Origin: a virus
Lineage: Duplodnaviria > Caudoviricetes
Strand: one strand, 5' to 3'
DNA length: 64,000 nt
Virus record (IMG/VR): IMGVR_UViG_3300035661_000004
Shown in pieces: positions 25,696 through 36,425 of this stretch (positions are counted from its first letter, which is position 1; each line of letters starts with the position of its first letter). The position numbers and the translations under genes are program-made. The notes under the pieces were generated by a model. It had not been told where the DNA came from and ran no database searches. It was given only the letters and a program-made list of their open reading frames with translations.

Positions 25696-27471
25696 TTATT
25701 CCAAGATGCGGATGTCGCCTAGCTCCGTCTCGCGGTTGTCGCCTGTTTCGGTGATCAAGTACACATACGGCGCAGCAGGAGCTGTAGCCCCGCCTGCAGT
25801 GATTGTGTAGCCAGAATACACTTCGGTGTCATAGATCGTCGTGGTCGAACCGCTCGAACCTGCCATCTGAATGATGTTAAGCCGTTCGCGCATGCCAAGT
25901 TGCAGCCGAGGGTTAAGCTGCTTAGCTTGCTCGATGCGAAGCTCAACAAACGTGCCTTGCGGAGGCACGTCAAAGAGCTGGAAGATGTACTGTGGCTGAC
26001 CGTTAATTTCACGCTGTTTCAGCTCACCCACCGCAATGAACTGCACAGGAGCGTGCAGCGGTGGCAGCGGGTCATACGGCTGACCCAGCTTTGTCTTGAT
26101 AGCAGGGTCTGGCCAGATGTCAGCTTCGTCAGCAGGTCGGTCATACTCTTCGTCGTCATACAGCGACATGTCGAAGGCGACATAGCTGCCTACGCCATGA
26201 GTTAGGTAGTACTCGACCCAAGGGGCCCGAAGCGTAAAGCTAATGTAGCCGTTTGAGTACGGCTCGTTGACATACACGTACTCGATCGGGCCTACTGTAG
26301 GTGTTTGACGTTGAACAGCAAGGGTGAACAAGTTGGCGGCTGTCAGCTTCCATGACATGCCGTCGGGCGCGGCGGATGAAACAACAAGCTCCTGCAAGAT
26401 CGCTTTACGAACACCTAGCTCCGACGTGTGGAAGCTAACCGCACGGCGACCGGGCGCAGCGTTTGAGACCGTGAGGGTAAAGTAGTCGGGGTTGCTGCCT
26501 TCATAGATGAACGGCGCCGCTTTCGCGATGTACATGCGGTCGGCGTTCATCAAGTTGATGTCGATCTTCGCCGACGAGCTTGGATGCTGCCCAGCGAGGA
26601 ACTGGATGTAGTTTCGATCCGGACCTGTTACCCATTCAGCGTTGTTCCCAAAGTCCTTGGGGATGTTGTTTACGCGTACATGAGCGGCATTGTGCCATGG
26701 CACAGCATAGCGCCCTGTGTTGCTGACAGCCCAAACTTCAAAGCCCTGCTTATAGATGTAGGCTGTTGCGACCGACGCGTCCGAGAATGGCAGCAGAGTA
26801 CCGTTGACTGGGAAGAAGCCTTGACTATAAGTGCCTGAGATGGTCACGTTGAACGTGCCGCCCTGTGCATCGATGACGGTTGTTGGGCCGTTCGCCATCC
26901 TAAGCTCAACCGCTCCGAGCGGGATGCCGGTGACTGTTGCATAGCCTGTGGCGATTCCACCTGTTACGGTAGCTGTATACGTGCTAGCTGTTGCGCTCGT
27001 AACCGTCACATTGAGCGATGTCAAGGCTAAGCGAACCGGGATGAAGTCAGCACCTGACTGGTGCGAGCTTGACGCTTGGCCCGCCCATGGGTAGCCCGCG
27101 TTAGGAACGCCGTCACCGTTCGTGTCTGTCAAATTTGACAAGGCTTGGTCATCGCCTAATGGTGACTGACCGTAATTGAGCGAGTCAGTGACGCTGAAGC
27201 GCGGCATGACTGTCGGCGGCACTACAAAAGTCTGGCTTTCGCTTGTGCCGTCAGAGACCAGTGAAAGCGACGGGATGTCCCGAGCGGTCCACACGTTTTG
27301 GTGGTGAACTGTGTGATGCGGCTGGCTGTCAACAAGGGTCAGGTCAAGCGAATCGCTGAAGCTGAGCTCGGATGTAAAGCCGAGCAGCTTCGTGTGGTAC
27401 GGCTTGATGTCGAGAATGTACTTGACAAGCGAGCTGACCCGCTTGTCAAGGCTGTTGTTGCTGATCGCCAT
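25696..27471 (-). CDS. Virion structural protein
   Basis: 591 aa, beta-rich, in the structural operon. Ends YLITETGDNRETELGDIRILE directly before the KISEL fibre gene. Confidence 0.75.
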   Translation of the reverse strand: MAISNNSLDKRVSSLVKYILDIKPYHTKLLGFTSELSFSDSLDLTLVDSQPHHTVHHQNVWTARDIPSLSLVSDGTSESQTFVVPPTVMPRFSVTDSLNYGQSPLGDDQALSNLTDTNGDGVPNAGYPWAGQASSSHQSGADFIPVRLALTSLNVTVTSATASTYTATVTGGIATGYATVTGIPLGAVELRMANGPTTVIDAQGGTFNVTISGTYSQGFFPVNGTLLPFSDASVATAYIYKQGFEVWAVSNTGRYAVPWHNAAHVRVNNIPKDFGNNAEWVTGPDRNYIQFLAGQHPSSSAKIDINLMNADRMYIAKAAPFIYEGSNPDYFTLTVSNAAPGRRAVSFHTSELGVRKAILQELVVSSAAPDGMSWKLTAANLFTLAVQRQTPTVGPIEYVYVNEPYSNGYISFTLRAPWVEYYLTHGVGSYVAFDMSLYDDEEYDRPADEADIWPDPAIKTKLGQPYDPLPPLHAPVQFIAVGELKQREINGQPQYIFQLFDVPPQGTFVELRIEQAKQLNPRLQLGMRERLNIIQMAGSSGSTTTIYDTEVYSGYTITAGGATAPAAPYVYLITETGDNRETELGDIRILE

Positions 27472-27472
27472 G

Positions 27473-30400
27473 TTATCCTTCGACCACTACCGTGCGCACT
27501 TCGTCAAGCGTGATGAACGAGGTCTTGATGATGTCTGCTAGCTCATATGAAGCCGACAGCGCATCTTCGAGCACCTCGAAGAACAGCTCATTGACGTTGC
27601 GCGTGTCCGCATAGTTCCAGAGGCTCGCCATGAACTCCCGAATCGCGGTAGGTGTCGCTAAGTATGTATCCAGCATTGCGGAGTCATACCCAAAGAAGCT
27701 CACCGGTGACAGCTTGAACGAGCTGGTGACCACGTCGTAGGTTACAACCTGCGTGTTAAGCAGGGCACCCTTGACGGTAGCAACAGCCGCGGCGCTGTCA
27801 GACAGCACTTGACCTTGCTTGAGGCCGATGCGCGACGTGGTGCCATTGCGCGAGTCGTACTCAGAGTACAACGCAAACGGCAGCATCTGGCCTGTAGCCG
27901 TTTGACCGCACATCGTGTCAACAAGCTTGTCCCAGAGATCCTTGGGGATTCGAGTTGGCTGGTTCCGACGAATGAGCTTCCACTCGGTGTGGGTCGGGCG
28001 CAAGGACATGTCGCGGTCATCGTCGCGCATCGAGCCGTTCTCGGTGATCCGCAGCTTATACTGGTTGTCCTTCCGAACGAAGCGGGTCATGTTGACCACA
28101 GACAACAGCGCGTAACGGTTAGGGCGACCGTCAAGCTGGTTGAACCGCTTCATGACTTGAGGCACAGCGTAAGGACCTGGATGTTGAGCAAGTTGTTGAG
28201 CCGCCAGTTTAACGCTAAGCTTCTTACCTGCCGCAGCGGTCTCCTTGTTCTTGACCCAGTAGAAGTAGCTAGTCTTGCTGACACGGCCAAACTCGTTGCG
28301 TTCTTCAAGCTTTGAGTGCGGGGTGTCGAGCTTGTACTCGGTCAGCTTAGCAGGATCTACCGCGGTGCCTTCAAGCTGGAGCTTCAGCTCGTCACCTGTC
28401 GGCACCTTGAACGGCAGCTCGAACCGCAGCTTTGAGCCTTGGTCAATGTTCGACCGGCTAGGGTAGTACCCGTTAAGGCCCTTTGCTATCTGGTAGCCTC
28501 GCACTTGACGGACGCCGTTGATGTAAAATGCGAGACGCGCCGAGTCAGCGGCAGTCACGTTCAGGCTCAGGCTTTCAAGCACCTGCAAGTGCGTCTGTTC
28601 TCCCACGAAGTAGGTAGCTGTTGCGACCGTTGAGGTCAGACGCTTCCACGGGCTCCAGCGCTCGTCATAGGCTCGCACAGGCTGTGGGCTGTTTAGCTCG
28701 TCCTGAATGTCCGTCTTGATGTCATTGAGCTCAGTGCCAACGGCTGTGTAGTCGCCGACCATTGCGGCCCACGAGCCGAACGAATCGTCAAGGTCATCGG
28801 CTCCTAGGGTGTAGGTGGGCATGCTCCACGAGACCCAGCCGGTTGGGCCTGGGATTAGCGAGCCGTTAAGCGTTGTCACCTGCGGCTCGATGAGAACCCG
28901 AGCGGCAACTTGCTGACGAACAACGATGTCGTGAGCTGAATTGCCAAACTCAATGCCGACACGCGCAGCACGTTGCTCTTGCGTCAGCGTTCCTAAGCCG
29001 CCCCAGGCCTCGCTGTGACTGTACTTGGTCTTAGCCGTCAGCTTGATGCCGAGCAAGTCAAGGTTTAGCTCGACCAGCGTGGCTGACTTAGGCGGCGTGT
29101 CATCGACCAGCACGCGCTGAGTTTGACCGCTTGCAAACGTGACACGCACGTATGTTAGCGACCCAACCTGCTCATAGTCGATGACCACAGCGCCGTGAGG
29201 CAGAGAGGTTGAGGTCTCATAGATCTCAAACTTGAAGTCCGTGAAGCTGGCTGTGGCGGCATATGTTGGCGAGCCAAGGGCGTTGGACGCTCCCGCAAGC
29301 TGGCTCACATCGCCGGTCAGCACTTCAATGCAGCCGTACGGCTTGAGCATCGTATTACGAGAGCCGTTGGTGTAGGTCATGCCGGCGATGCGCTCCAGCG
29401 CGCTAAACGCCGGCATCGCGCCGTCAAGAGCCAGCACGCTGTCTCCGAAGACTTCGAGCGTTGTGGTCTGCCGCTTCAGCGGAGCCTTAGGCGAAACCTG
29501 TGGGTTCTTTGAGTAGAGCCACACGACCGGGCGTTGATGCCAAGTGCGAGTCCTGCTAAGGTAGTTCTTGACCGCTAGCTCGCCTGTGCCTGTGTAAGAC
29601 AGGGGTGGCACGTCGGACTCGATCCACTCAAACACGTCAATGCTCGCCCAGTCAGCAAGCGAACCCCACTGTGTCAGCCGGTCATTGTGGCTTGGGTAGA
29701 GCGCCACGTCGGAGTAGTTCATCCAGCCAGCGTTGGCGGTGTTCCACCAGACCTTGCCTACCTGCTCTCGACCCCAAGTACGAGAGCCGTCGGCTGTCAA
29801 CGCCTTGTACTTGAGAGAGGTGACATTGTAGCGAGCAGGGTCATGACCTGCGGCGTAATCAACGGTTGCGTATGCCTGTGGGCTGTGAACGCCGCGAGCC
29901 GGGTCCCACCAGATGACATTGTTGTTGATCGGCGTGTCACGGCCGCCGTCATCACGATACAGCTGGCTCGGTGAGAATCTTGCTAGCGGAGGACCATAGG
30001 CGATGATCAGCAGCGGCCTGTTGAACAGCGCCGTGTCGGTGATCACTAGCTGGCCAGAGTTCACGCGATTGAACTTAGCGGTGCTATACTCAGGTGGGTT
30101 AGTGCCTGTGACATAATCGCCCGTTTCGCGGTAGACCTTCGAGCCGCTCTTCATGTAGGACGTGATGTCCAAGACCGGGGTCTGGTACACGTTTGCGCCG
30201 CTCGTTACGCCGATGTCTACGATCTCAAATGCGTCAGCCAGCACCTCTCGGCCGTCAGCATCGCGCACAGTTAGCAGCTCAGAGCCGGTGACCTGCACCT
30301 GCATGGTTGCAACGATTTGCGCCTTCAGGTAGCTGATGGAGCCCAAGTCGCTAAAACTGTTCCAACGATCCTCATCGTCAGGCTTAATGATGATGCAGCC

Positions 30401-33400
30401 ACGCGGATCGAGCAGGTCCATGTTAACAATCTGCTCATGCGAGTACAGCGTGAACATGTCAAACGGGATCTGGTCGTAGATCGTCATGTCATAGCCGCCG
30501 ATGGCAGCGAGCTCGTTGACATAGGCCAGCTCGTCGGCTTCGAGCAGCAGGTAGTTAGCGCGCTCGCTCACCATGTCATTGGTCCGAACATTCAGCTCGA
30601 CCTTAACGGCGCGGCGCAGGTCACCGTACTCAGAGACCTTGTACGCCCAAAGCTCGTCGATCAGAGCCGAACGGAACAGCGAAGAGTTGACGAAGGAGCT
30701 GACGGCACGGTTGGTGCCCTTGCTCTTCAGCATGCCCCGCCAGAACTGCAGCTGCGTCGGCAGGGTGGTGCCAAGGTCTGAGTGATAGTCTTTGCGGTCA
30801 AAGCTGACCAGCGAGCTTGCACGGTCAAACAGCTCTTCGCTCTTCAGCGCGCCGATGTCATAGAGGTTACCCAGCTGTTGAACGGAGCCCTCCATGTTGG
30901 TGCGCATCTTATTGCCCACCAAGTACTTGCCCCCATAGACCGGACGGCCTGTAGGCGTGGCTTGCTTGAAGCCTTCAAAGAACAGGCGCGAGACATGCTG
31001 ATTGAGGAACGGCTCGTTAAGAAGCACGTCGCCGACCACATTTTCAAACACGATCACGTGCTCGAACACACTTGTCGCTACCATAGCGCCGGCCAACGGC
31101 ACGTCGCTGGTGACCGATGCGTTGCCGTCATCACGGAAGACGCGGAACGAACCCTTCGGAGCGCGTTGGCCGTCAACCGTGTACAAGCCTGGGATCAGGT
31201 TCTGCGCGCCTGGCTTAGACAGGTCAGAGATATAGCCGTACTTAGCCTTGAACCAGAAGCGGCGCTCAAACGGCGCGAGCACAAAGGCCATGCCGTTGGT
31301 CGGACTGTTGAACTGTGCGTCAATCAGCTGTTCAACCAGGAGCTGCCAGCCGATCAAGCGGCCGTTTGTCGGGTCGATGACCGGGTCCTGCTCGTCATTG
31401 AAGACATAGCCGAGCTCAGCCAGCCGGTCAGCTACGCCGAAGATGAACGTGGTCAGAGCTTGCAGCCCCTTAACCATGAACGGGCCATAAACGGTACGAA
31501 GTGTGGTACGTTGGGTATAACGCTTCCACTCATCCAGGCTTCCCTTGCCTCCTAGAGCATAGAAGGTCTCGTAGGTAGCCGAGTCATACTCGTACCACTG
31601 TAGAGCCGGATGCTTCGGGTTGGTCAGGTCAACGCGGTAGACCCAGTCATCACCGCGAGAGCCCGTAGGGAGTTTTGCAGGGACGATCCGACCGTTGACG
31701 ATCTGCGTGCTGCCTGCTTGCAGCAGGGTAACCTTCAAGCCTGTAAGCCACGCCACAGACTGAAGCTCGGTCTCTTTCAGGTACACGTTATAACCTGATG
31801 AGTCAACAACCGCGGTCTCGGCTTTGACGCTCAGCTCATCAGTGTCGACAAGCGTGTTGAAGCGGTATGCAAGCTTAGGTGTCCAAGCGGCCAGGCGAGC
31901 GCGGTCAGCCGAGTAGCTCAGCTCGAGCGAGTTGGCGGCGTGGTAGTGCGCATACAGCTGGCTCAAGCCTTCGAGCTTGAACGGAGCGTGAGCCAGGGTA
32001 ACAGTCGCGACTGCAAGCTCGCTGATGGCCACAGTTAGCGTGTCGCCTAGGTTCAAGCCGTCACGCGGCACAACGAGCTGGCATGTGGCATAGCCGTCGA
32101 GGTGGATTGCATTTGCTGGGTAGAAAGCAAAGGCGAACGAGCCAACTTGCGAAACTCGCACGATGCTATTACGTGCGCTGGCGACCTCAATGAGGTAGGT
32201 TACCGGCGTTGGTGGCGGCGCGATCATGGTGACCGTCAGGGATGTCGGCGTCAACGTCGTCCGATTGATGGGCTCGCCGTGAATCAGCGCGTCAACAATG
32301 TGAGCCTTGCGGCCGAGAGGCCTGACAAGCTCGTAGCCGTCAACCTTGTCAAGCGGGTCACCCCAGCACAAGCTGATGAACTTCAGTGGGCTAAGCCTGA
32401 AGTAGGTCTTGAGCTTTGACGTGACATACTCGAGAGTGTCTGTCCACATGGCCTCAATCGGGCCAAGCTCGCCGTAGTAGTAGCGGCGGTTAGGCGTCGG
32501 CGGAGGAGCGATCATGAGCTGCTCGGCGTTGCCAAAAGCGTACGGCGGCAGCAGCTTACCATTGGTCGTGTCAACCGACAGCTGCACAGGCTTGCCCAGC
32601 GAGTTAAGCTTCGCCTTGACATTGTCTTGCACGTCGATGCTTGTCCAGTAGCTGATGTCCCAGGTAGTCGTGCCTGGCGGAACGAAGCCTGCAACCACCA
32701 GGTCATTCATAAAAGCGGCTTCAGACTCTTCAACCGAGATGTACGGGTAGAGGTCAGGACGCGACGTGCCGTAGACATACTGGTAGACGCCTTGCCAAGC
32801 CGAGGCTGGACCCCAACCCGAGTTGTAGTAGGACCACGTGAACGGGTCTGCCGGGTTGTAGAGCGGATCGTATGGGTCAGGAATGCCGTACTTCGAGCAG
32901 AAGCCCAAGAACTCCTTCTCCATCAACGGCATCCAACGCGATGAGCTTTCCAGCGGCGTGTAGCTGAAGGCTGTGCTGCTTGCCGGGCACGCATTGTAGA
33001 GCTCTGTCTCGAGCTCGAGCAACAACGCGGTCAAGGTCGACGCGAGGTCGAGCAGGCGCCATGGCGCCTCTTGCGCGTGCTGCTCTGAACCCAGGGCTAC
33101 CCAAGAGCCGTTCCACTGCCAGGTCTCACCCGTCAGCCGATTGTAGGAGAACTGTCCATTGAGCGCGGTAGCAGGCAGATCGCCGATGTCAGAGACCACG
33201 TCGAACAGGTAGAGATTCTCAGCTGACAGGTCGAGCCATAGCTGACGAGCAAACGGAGCTTGCGGCGGAACGGGACCACCCACAAATCCAGGCGTTTCTT
33301 GGCCGTTCGACCGCTTAAAACGCTTCGTTACCAGGCCCTTAAGCACCGAAAAGTCAATCGTTGGAAGGCTCGACTTGTGACCGTCATGATGCACTAACAT

Positions 33401-36004
33401 AGCCCTGTTCTGGTCAGGCTCTACGAGCACGCCAGGCGCTACTTTCGGCGCCAAGCCCAGGTACGGCGCTGTCAGCGTCAAGGCTTTCAGGCTCATGCTG
33501 TTAGTCATGAACGGCGAGTTAACCTCATCGTCCACGAGCGATTCGCTCGCATCTACCACGCTTGACCTGCGCTCGAGGTAAGCGCGCAGCTGCTTGTAAG
33601 TGTCGATGTCAACTGGGCCTGGAGCTGACAAGAAAGCGGCTGAACCTGCCGTCACACGGCTGATGAGCTCCTGCTCGACAAACTCACGAGTCCGGTTGAG
33701 CACGTTGACGTAAGCGTCGCGGCCAAAGTCAAGCAACGCAATAGGATCAGCCGAATCTTGGCACAGCATGCCCAAGAGGAGCTGAAGCCTGTCATTGAAG
33801 ATCTTCAGCAAGCCACCCTTGCTATAGTCCTTTGACAGGTTGCGCCAGTTGTTTCGGCTTGAAGCCAGACCTTCAAGGCCGGGTTGGGCTCCGATGATCG
33901 AGACAAAGTGCGAGTACAAGTCACCTTGCTTGAAGCTAGTCGAGAGCGTCGAGTCGAGGTTACCGAACATCGGCATCGGGCACTTCCAAGCGCCCGAGGC
34001 GCTTGCCGGGCTCACGCTTACTTGCCGATCCTCAAGAGCTGAGTTTGACAGGTAGCCAAGCGGGTCTGTCACGGTACGGTATGAGTCGCCCAGCTTGACA
34101 TACAAGCTAGCGCGCTTGAAAGCGCTCGACTTGATATCGAAGCTGAAGCGCGAGGTGGCGTCAAAGGCTGTGGTGCCCGAGACTACCGAGAAGGTCGTGC
34201 CGCCAACGGTGTACGGTGTGTCCACCGTCAATGTAGGCAGGGCTCCTAGCACGGTGCTGTACACGTCAAAGGTCGTGCCGCCAGCATGGCCGGTTAGCTG
34301 AATAACTTGCGGGAGCGCATTAGCGTCAACGTTGAGCGTCGAGAGCTGACCGTTGCCAGCGCCAATGTTCTCGTACTCGCGGATGAAGTACGGGAACGAG
34401 GTGCCGTCTGTAGCGTTGTCGTAGTAGCCTGTCAGCAGAGTCTGAGCGAAGCGGACGCCCCGCACCGTGCCAAGCAGGCTTGCTTGCTCAGCAGCCGTAG
34501 TCATGGCTCCCTTAGTCAGCTCGAGCTGATCAAGGTTAACAAACAGCGTGCCGCCTGTGTAAGCGTCCGTCAGCTTGTCATTGATGGTTGACGGTGGCAT
34601 GTACAAGCCGGTGCTCTCATCGTGAGCATATGTTCGGAAAGTAGGCAGCTGGCCGAGCGCCGTCTTCGCTCCTAGGAGCTGAGACTCTAGCTCAGCATTG
34701 AACTCGATGATGGGCCGTTGGGCTTGCAAGTAGTTGAGGCGCTCTGCCGTTGTCAGCTGGCTTGAGTGCTTCCACCGGTTGTCGAGCGACCAGCCGCTCG
34801 TTCCGCCAGCTTCGATGACCGTATATTCGGCTTGCCCGATAGGGTTGTAAGCCGGCAACGCACCGTCGGCAACGCCTGTCCAATAGTAGCTCTCGAAGTT
34901 TTGCAGCTTGTCAGCGTTGATTAGCGCGCCGGCTGTCTCATACTTGACGTACTCTTGGCCGATCAGCGCGGCCCCACGCCAGACGGAAGCCAGGCTAAAT
35001 GAGCCGCTAGCGTAACGCTTGAAGAACAGCGGACGGTCTTCGGTCGGCGAGGTGAAACTGTGGCCAAATGTCAGGTCGGCGGCAGCGTCTCGCACGATCC
35101 GCCTACCTAGGGCTGCGTCAATCGGCTGATCAGCGGCCTCCTTGTAGAAGAAGCCGCTCGAGATGTAAGCAGAGTGATCGCCGTTAGCGTAGTAGAGGTC
35201 GAACAACGGCGGTTGGTTAGGCGCGGTCTTGACTTGCGGACTAGGCGTACCGCTGTCGGCAGGCTCGCCCGTAGAGGTTGCGTAGAGGTTAAGCTTGAGG
35301 TTGCTCTCAAACTCGAGGATCGGCCGTAAAGCCTGCACGATGTCATTCGAGCTAAGGACCGGGTACGCCAGCTGGAAAGCCTGAGCGTCAGCCTTGTGGA
35401 GCCACATGTTGCCCAGAGCCCAGTCAGACCAGGCGCCCAGACCTGGGTAAGGGGCCACCGGCGTGTTGCCTGAAAGAGCCGAGCGAGCGATAACATAGTA
35501 GTCAGCAGCTTGTGTCGGGTTTGCGGCTTGCAAGGAGGCTACAGAGGCCGTAGTGAAGCCGATGTCGTTCCAAGGCAGCTCTGGGTGAGCAACCAACCAC
35601 TTGCCTACCCACACATACTCGTCAAAGTTAGCAAACTTGTCAAGGTCGATGAACGGGACAAAGTTGAGGCTCTCGACCGTCAGCCAGTCAGCGACGCTGT
35701 CATAGGGCACGTCTAACGTGACGAGGCGTTGCACGAGCTCGCGCCATGTAGTCAGGCGCTCTTCGGTGCCTTGCTTGCTGTAGAGGACAGGTGCGAGCTG
35801 ATTGACCTGCCGCTCGAGGTCAGCTTCGCGGATGTAGATGTCTGAGGACTGTGCTGCAGCTTCGCTGCCGACAAAGCCGTGGAGGATGACAGACTCGTCC
35901 TTGCTCAGGTGATTGTTGAACAAGGCCCTCATGAGGGTCGTGATCGTGCGGTTCTGGTACTGCTTAGGGAGCAGCGTTGCTAGATCAAGGTTCTTGTTTG
36001 CCAT
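27473..36004 (-). CDS. Giant virion structural protein (baseplate/fibre scaffold)
   Basis: Uninterrupted 2843-aa ORF with an internal repeat (the W..GN.W.HK / P.IEF motif occurs twice). TAAATA at 36027-36032. Confidence 0.8.
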   Translation of the reverse strand: MANKNLDLATLLPKQYQNRTITTLMRALFNNHLSKDESVILHGFVGSEAAAQSSDIYIREADLERQVNQLAPVLYSKQGTEERLTTWRELVQRLVTLDVPYDSVADWLTVESLNFVPFIDLDKFANFDEYVWVGKWLVAHPELPWNDIGFTTASVASLQAANPTQAADYYVIARSALSGNTPVAPYPGLGAWSDWALGNMWLHKADAQAFQLAYPVLSSNDIVQALRPILEFESNLKLNLYATSTGEPADSGTPSPQVKTAPNQPPLFDLYYANGDHSAYISSGFFYKEAADQPIDAALGRRIVRDAAADLTFGHSFTSPTEDRPLFFKRYASGSFSLASVWRGAALIGQEYVKYETAGALINADKLQNFESYYWTGVADGALPAYNPIGQAEYTVIEAGGTSGWSLDNRWKHSSQLTTAERLNYLQAQRPIIEFNAELESQLLGAKTALGQLPTFRTYAHDESTGLYMPPSTINDKLTDAYTGGTLFVNLDQLELTKGAMTTAAEQASLLGTVRGVRFAQTLLTGYYDNATDGTSFPYFIREYENIGAGNGQLSTLNVDANALPQVIQLTGHAGGTTFDVYSTVLGALPTLTVDTPYTVGGTTFSVVSGTTAFDATSRFSFDIKSSAFKRASLYVKLGDSYRTVTDPLGYLSNSALEDRQVSVSPASASGAWKCPMPMFGNLDSTLSTSFKQGDLYSHFVSIIGAQPGLEGLASSRNNWRNLSKDYSKGGLLKIFNDRLQLLLGMLCQDSADPIALLDFGRDAYVNVLNRTREFVEQELISRVTAGSAAFLSAPGPVDIDTYKQLRAYLERRSSVVDASESLVDDEVNSPFMTNSMSLKALTLTAPYLGLAPKVAPGVLVEPDQNRAMLVHHDGHKSSLPTIDFSVLKGLVTKRFKRSNGQETPGFVGGPVPPQAPFARQLWLDLSAENLYLFDVVSDIGDLPATALNGQFSYNRLTGETWQWNGSWVALGSEQHAQEAPWRLLDLASTLTALLLELETELYNACPASSTAFSYTPLESSSRWMPLMEKEFLGFCSKYGIPDPYDPLYNPADPFTWSYYNSGWGPASAWQGVYQYVYGTSRPDLYPYISVEESEAAFMNDLVVAGFVPPGTTTWDISYWTSIDVQDNVKAKLNSLGKPVQLSVDTTNGKLLPPYAFGNAEQLMIAPPPTPNRRYYYGELGPIEAMWTDTLEYVTSKLKTYFRLSPLKFISLCWGDPLDKVDGYELVRPLGRKAHIVDALIHGEPINRTTLTPTSLTVTMIAPPPTPVTYLIEVASARNSIVRVSQVGSFAFAFYPANAIHLDGYATCQLVVPRDGLNLGDTLTVAISELAVATVTLAHAPFKLEGLSQLYAHYHAANSLELSYSADRARLAAWTPKLAYRFNTLVDTDELSVKAETAVVDSSGYNVYLKETELQSVAWLTGLKVTLLQAGSTQIVNGRIVPAKLPTGSRGDDWVYRVDLTNPKHPALQWYEYDSATYETFYALGGKGSLDEWKRYTQRTTLRTVYGPFMVKGLQALTTFIFGVADRLAELGYVFNDEQDPVIDPTNGRLIGWQLLVEQLIDAQFNSPTNGMAFVLAPFERRFWFKAKYGYISDLSKPGAQNLIPGLYTVDGQRAPKGSFRVFRDDGNASVTSDVPLAGAMVATSVFEHVIVFENVVGDVLLNEPFLNQHVSRLFFEGFKQATPTGRPVYGGKYLVGNKMRTNMEGSVQQLGNLYDIGALKSEELFDRASSLVSFDRKDYHSDLGTTLPTQLQFWRGMLKSKGTNRAVSSFVNSSLFRSALIDELWAYKVSEYGDLRRAVKVELNVRTNDMVSERANYLLLEADELAYVNELAAIGGYDMTIYDQIPFDMFTLYSHEQIVNMDLLDPRGCIIIKPDDEDRWNSFSDLGSISYLKAQIVATMQVQVTGSELLTVRDADGREVLADAFEIVDIGVTSGANVYQTPVLDITSYMKSGSKVYRETGDYVTGTNPPEYSTAKFNRVNSGQLVITDTALFNRPLLIIAYGPPLARFSPSQLYRDDGGRDTPINNNVIWWDPARGVHSPQAYATVDYAAGHDPARYNVTSLKYKALTADGSRTWGREQVGKVWWNTANAGWMNYSDVALYPSHNDRLTQWGSLADWASIDVFEWIESDVPPLSYTGTGELAVKNYLSRTRTWHQRPVVWLYSKNPQVSPKAPLKRQTTTLEVFGDSVLALDGAMPAFSALERIAGMTYTNGSRNTMLKPYGCIEVLTGDVSQLAGASNALGSPTYAATASFTDFKFEIYETSTSLPHGAVVIDYEQVGSLTYVRVTFASGQTQRVLVDDTPPKSATLVELNLDLLGIKLTAKTKYSHSEAWGGLGTLTQEQRAARVGIEFGNSAHDIVVRQQVAARVLIEPQVTTLNGSLIPGPTGWVSWSMPTYTLGADDLDDSFGSWAAMVGDYTAVGTELNDIKTDIQDELNSPQPVRAYDERWSPWKRLTSTVATATYFVGEQTHLQVLESLSLNVTAADSARLAFYINGVRQVRGYQIAKGLNGYYPSRSNIDQGSKLRFELPFKVPTGDELKLQLEGTAVDPAKLTEYKLDTPHSKLEERNEFGRVSKTSYFYWVKNKETAAAGKKLSVKLAAQQLAQHPGPYAVPQVMKRFNQLDGRPNRYALLSVVNMTRFVRKDNQYKLRITENGSMRDDDRDMSLRPTHTEWKLIRRNQPTRIPKDLWDKLVDTMCGQTATGQMLPFALYSEYDSRNGTTSRIGLKQGQVLSDSAAAVATVKGALLNTQVVTYDVVTSSFKLSPVSFFGYDSAMLDTYLATPTAIREFMASLWNYADTRNVNELFFEVLEDALSASYELADIIKTSFITLDEVRTVVVEG

Positions 36005-36059
36005 CGTGAGGATCTTGTGGATCCTCTATTTACCTAGTGCACCCATGGCTTGGAAAGCC

Positions 36060-36425
36060 TCAGTCAAACTCCCACTGGTCAACTTCGGTCTCGATCCACT
36101 TAGCGATGGCATCCTCGTCATCACCATGGACTACCGCGGGCAGCATCGTTGCGCCGCGGTGCTCGCTCTCGTTGCTGATCGCCCACTTGACGCCATGCTC
36201 AGCCACTATATCATGGTTGATATAGTACATGTAGTTGTCATTCGGTTGCAGCACGACTGTGTTTGCAACGGCCATGTCGGTTGATTGCAATGCAGGCGCC
36301 CAGCCGATGTAGCACCCATCTTGAGAGTAGACCTTGAACTCATGGTCTCGCTCAGCGATGTCTTGCTGGAACATCAGCATGAGCTTTTTCATGCTGATGT
36401 TCTCTAGCAGCGGCTGAATCCTCAC
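36060..36425 (-). CDS. QQ-helix family protein
   Basis: The GTG at 36425 overlaps the upstream TGA: MRIQPLLENISMKKLMLMFQQDIAERD. Confidence 0.7.
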   Translation of the reverse strand: MRIQPLLENISMKKLMLMFQQDIAERDHEFKVYSQDGCYIGWAPALQSTDMAVANTVVLQPNDNYMYYINHDIVAEHGVKWAISNESEHRGATMLPAVVHGDDEDAIAKWIETEVDQWEFD

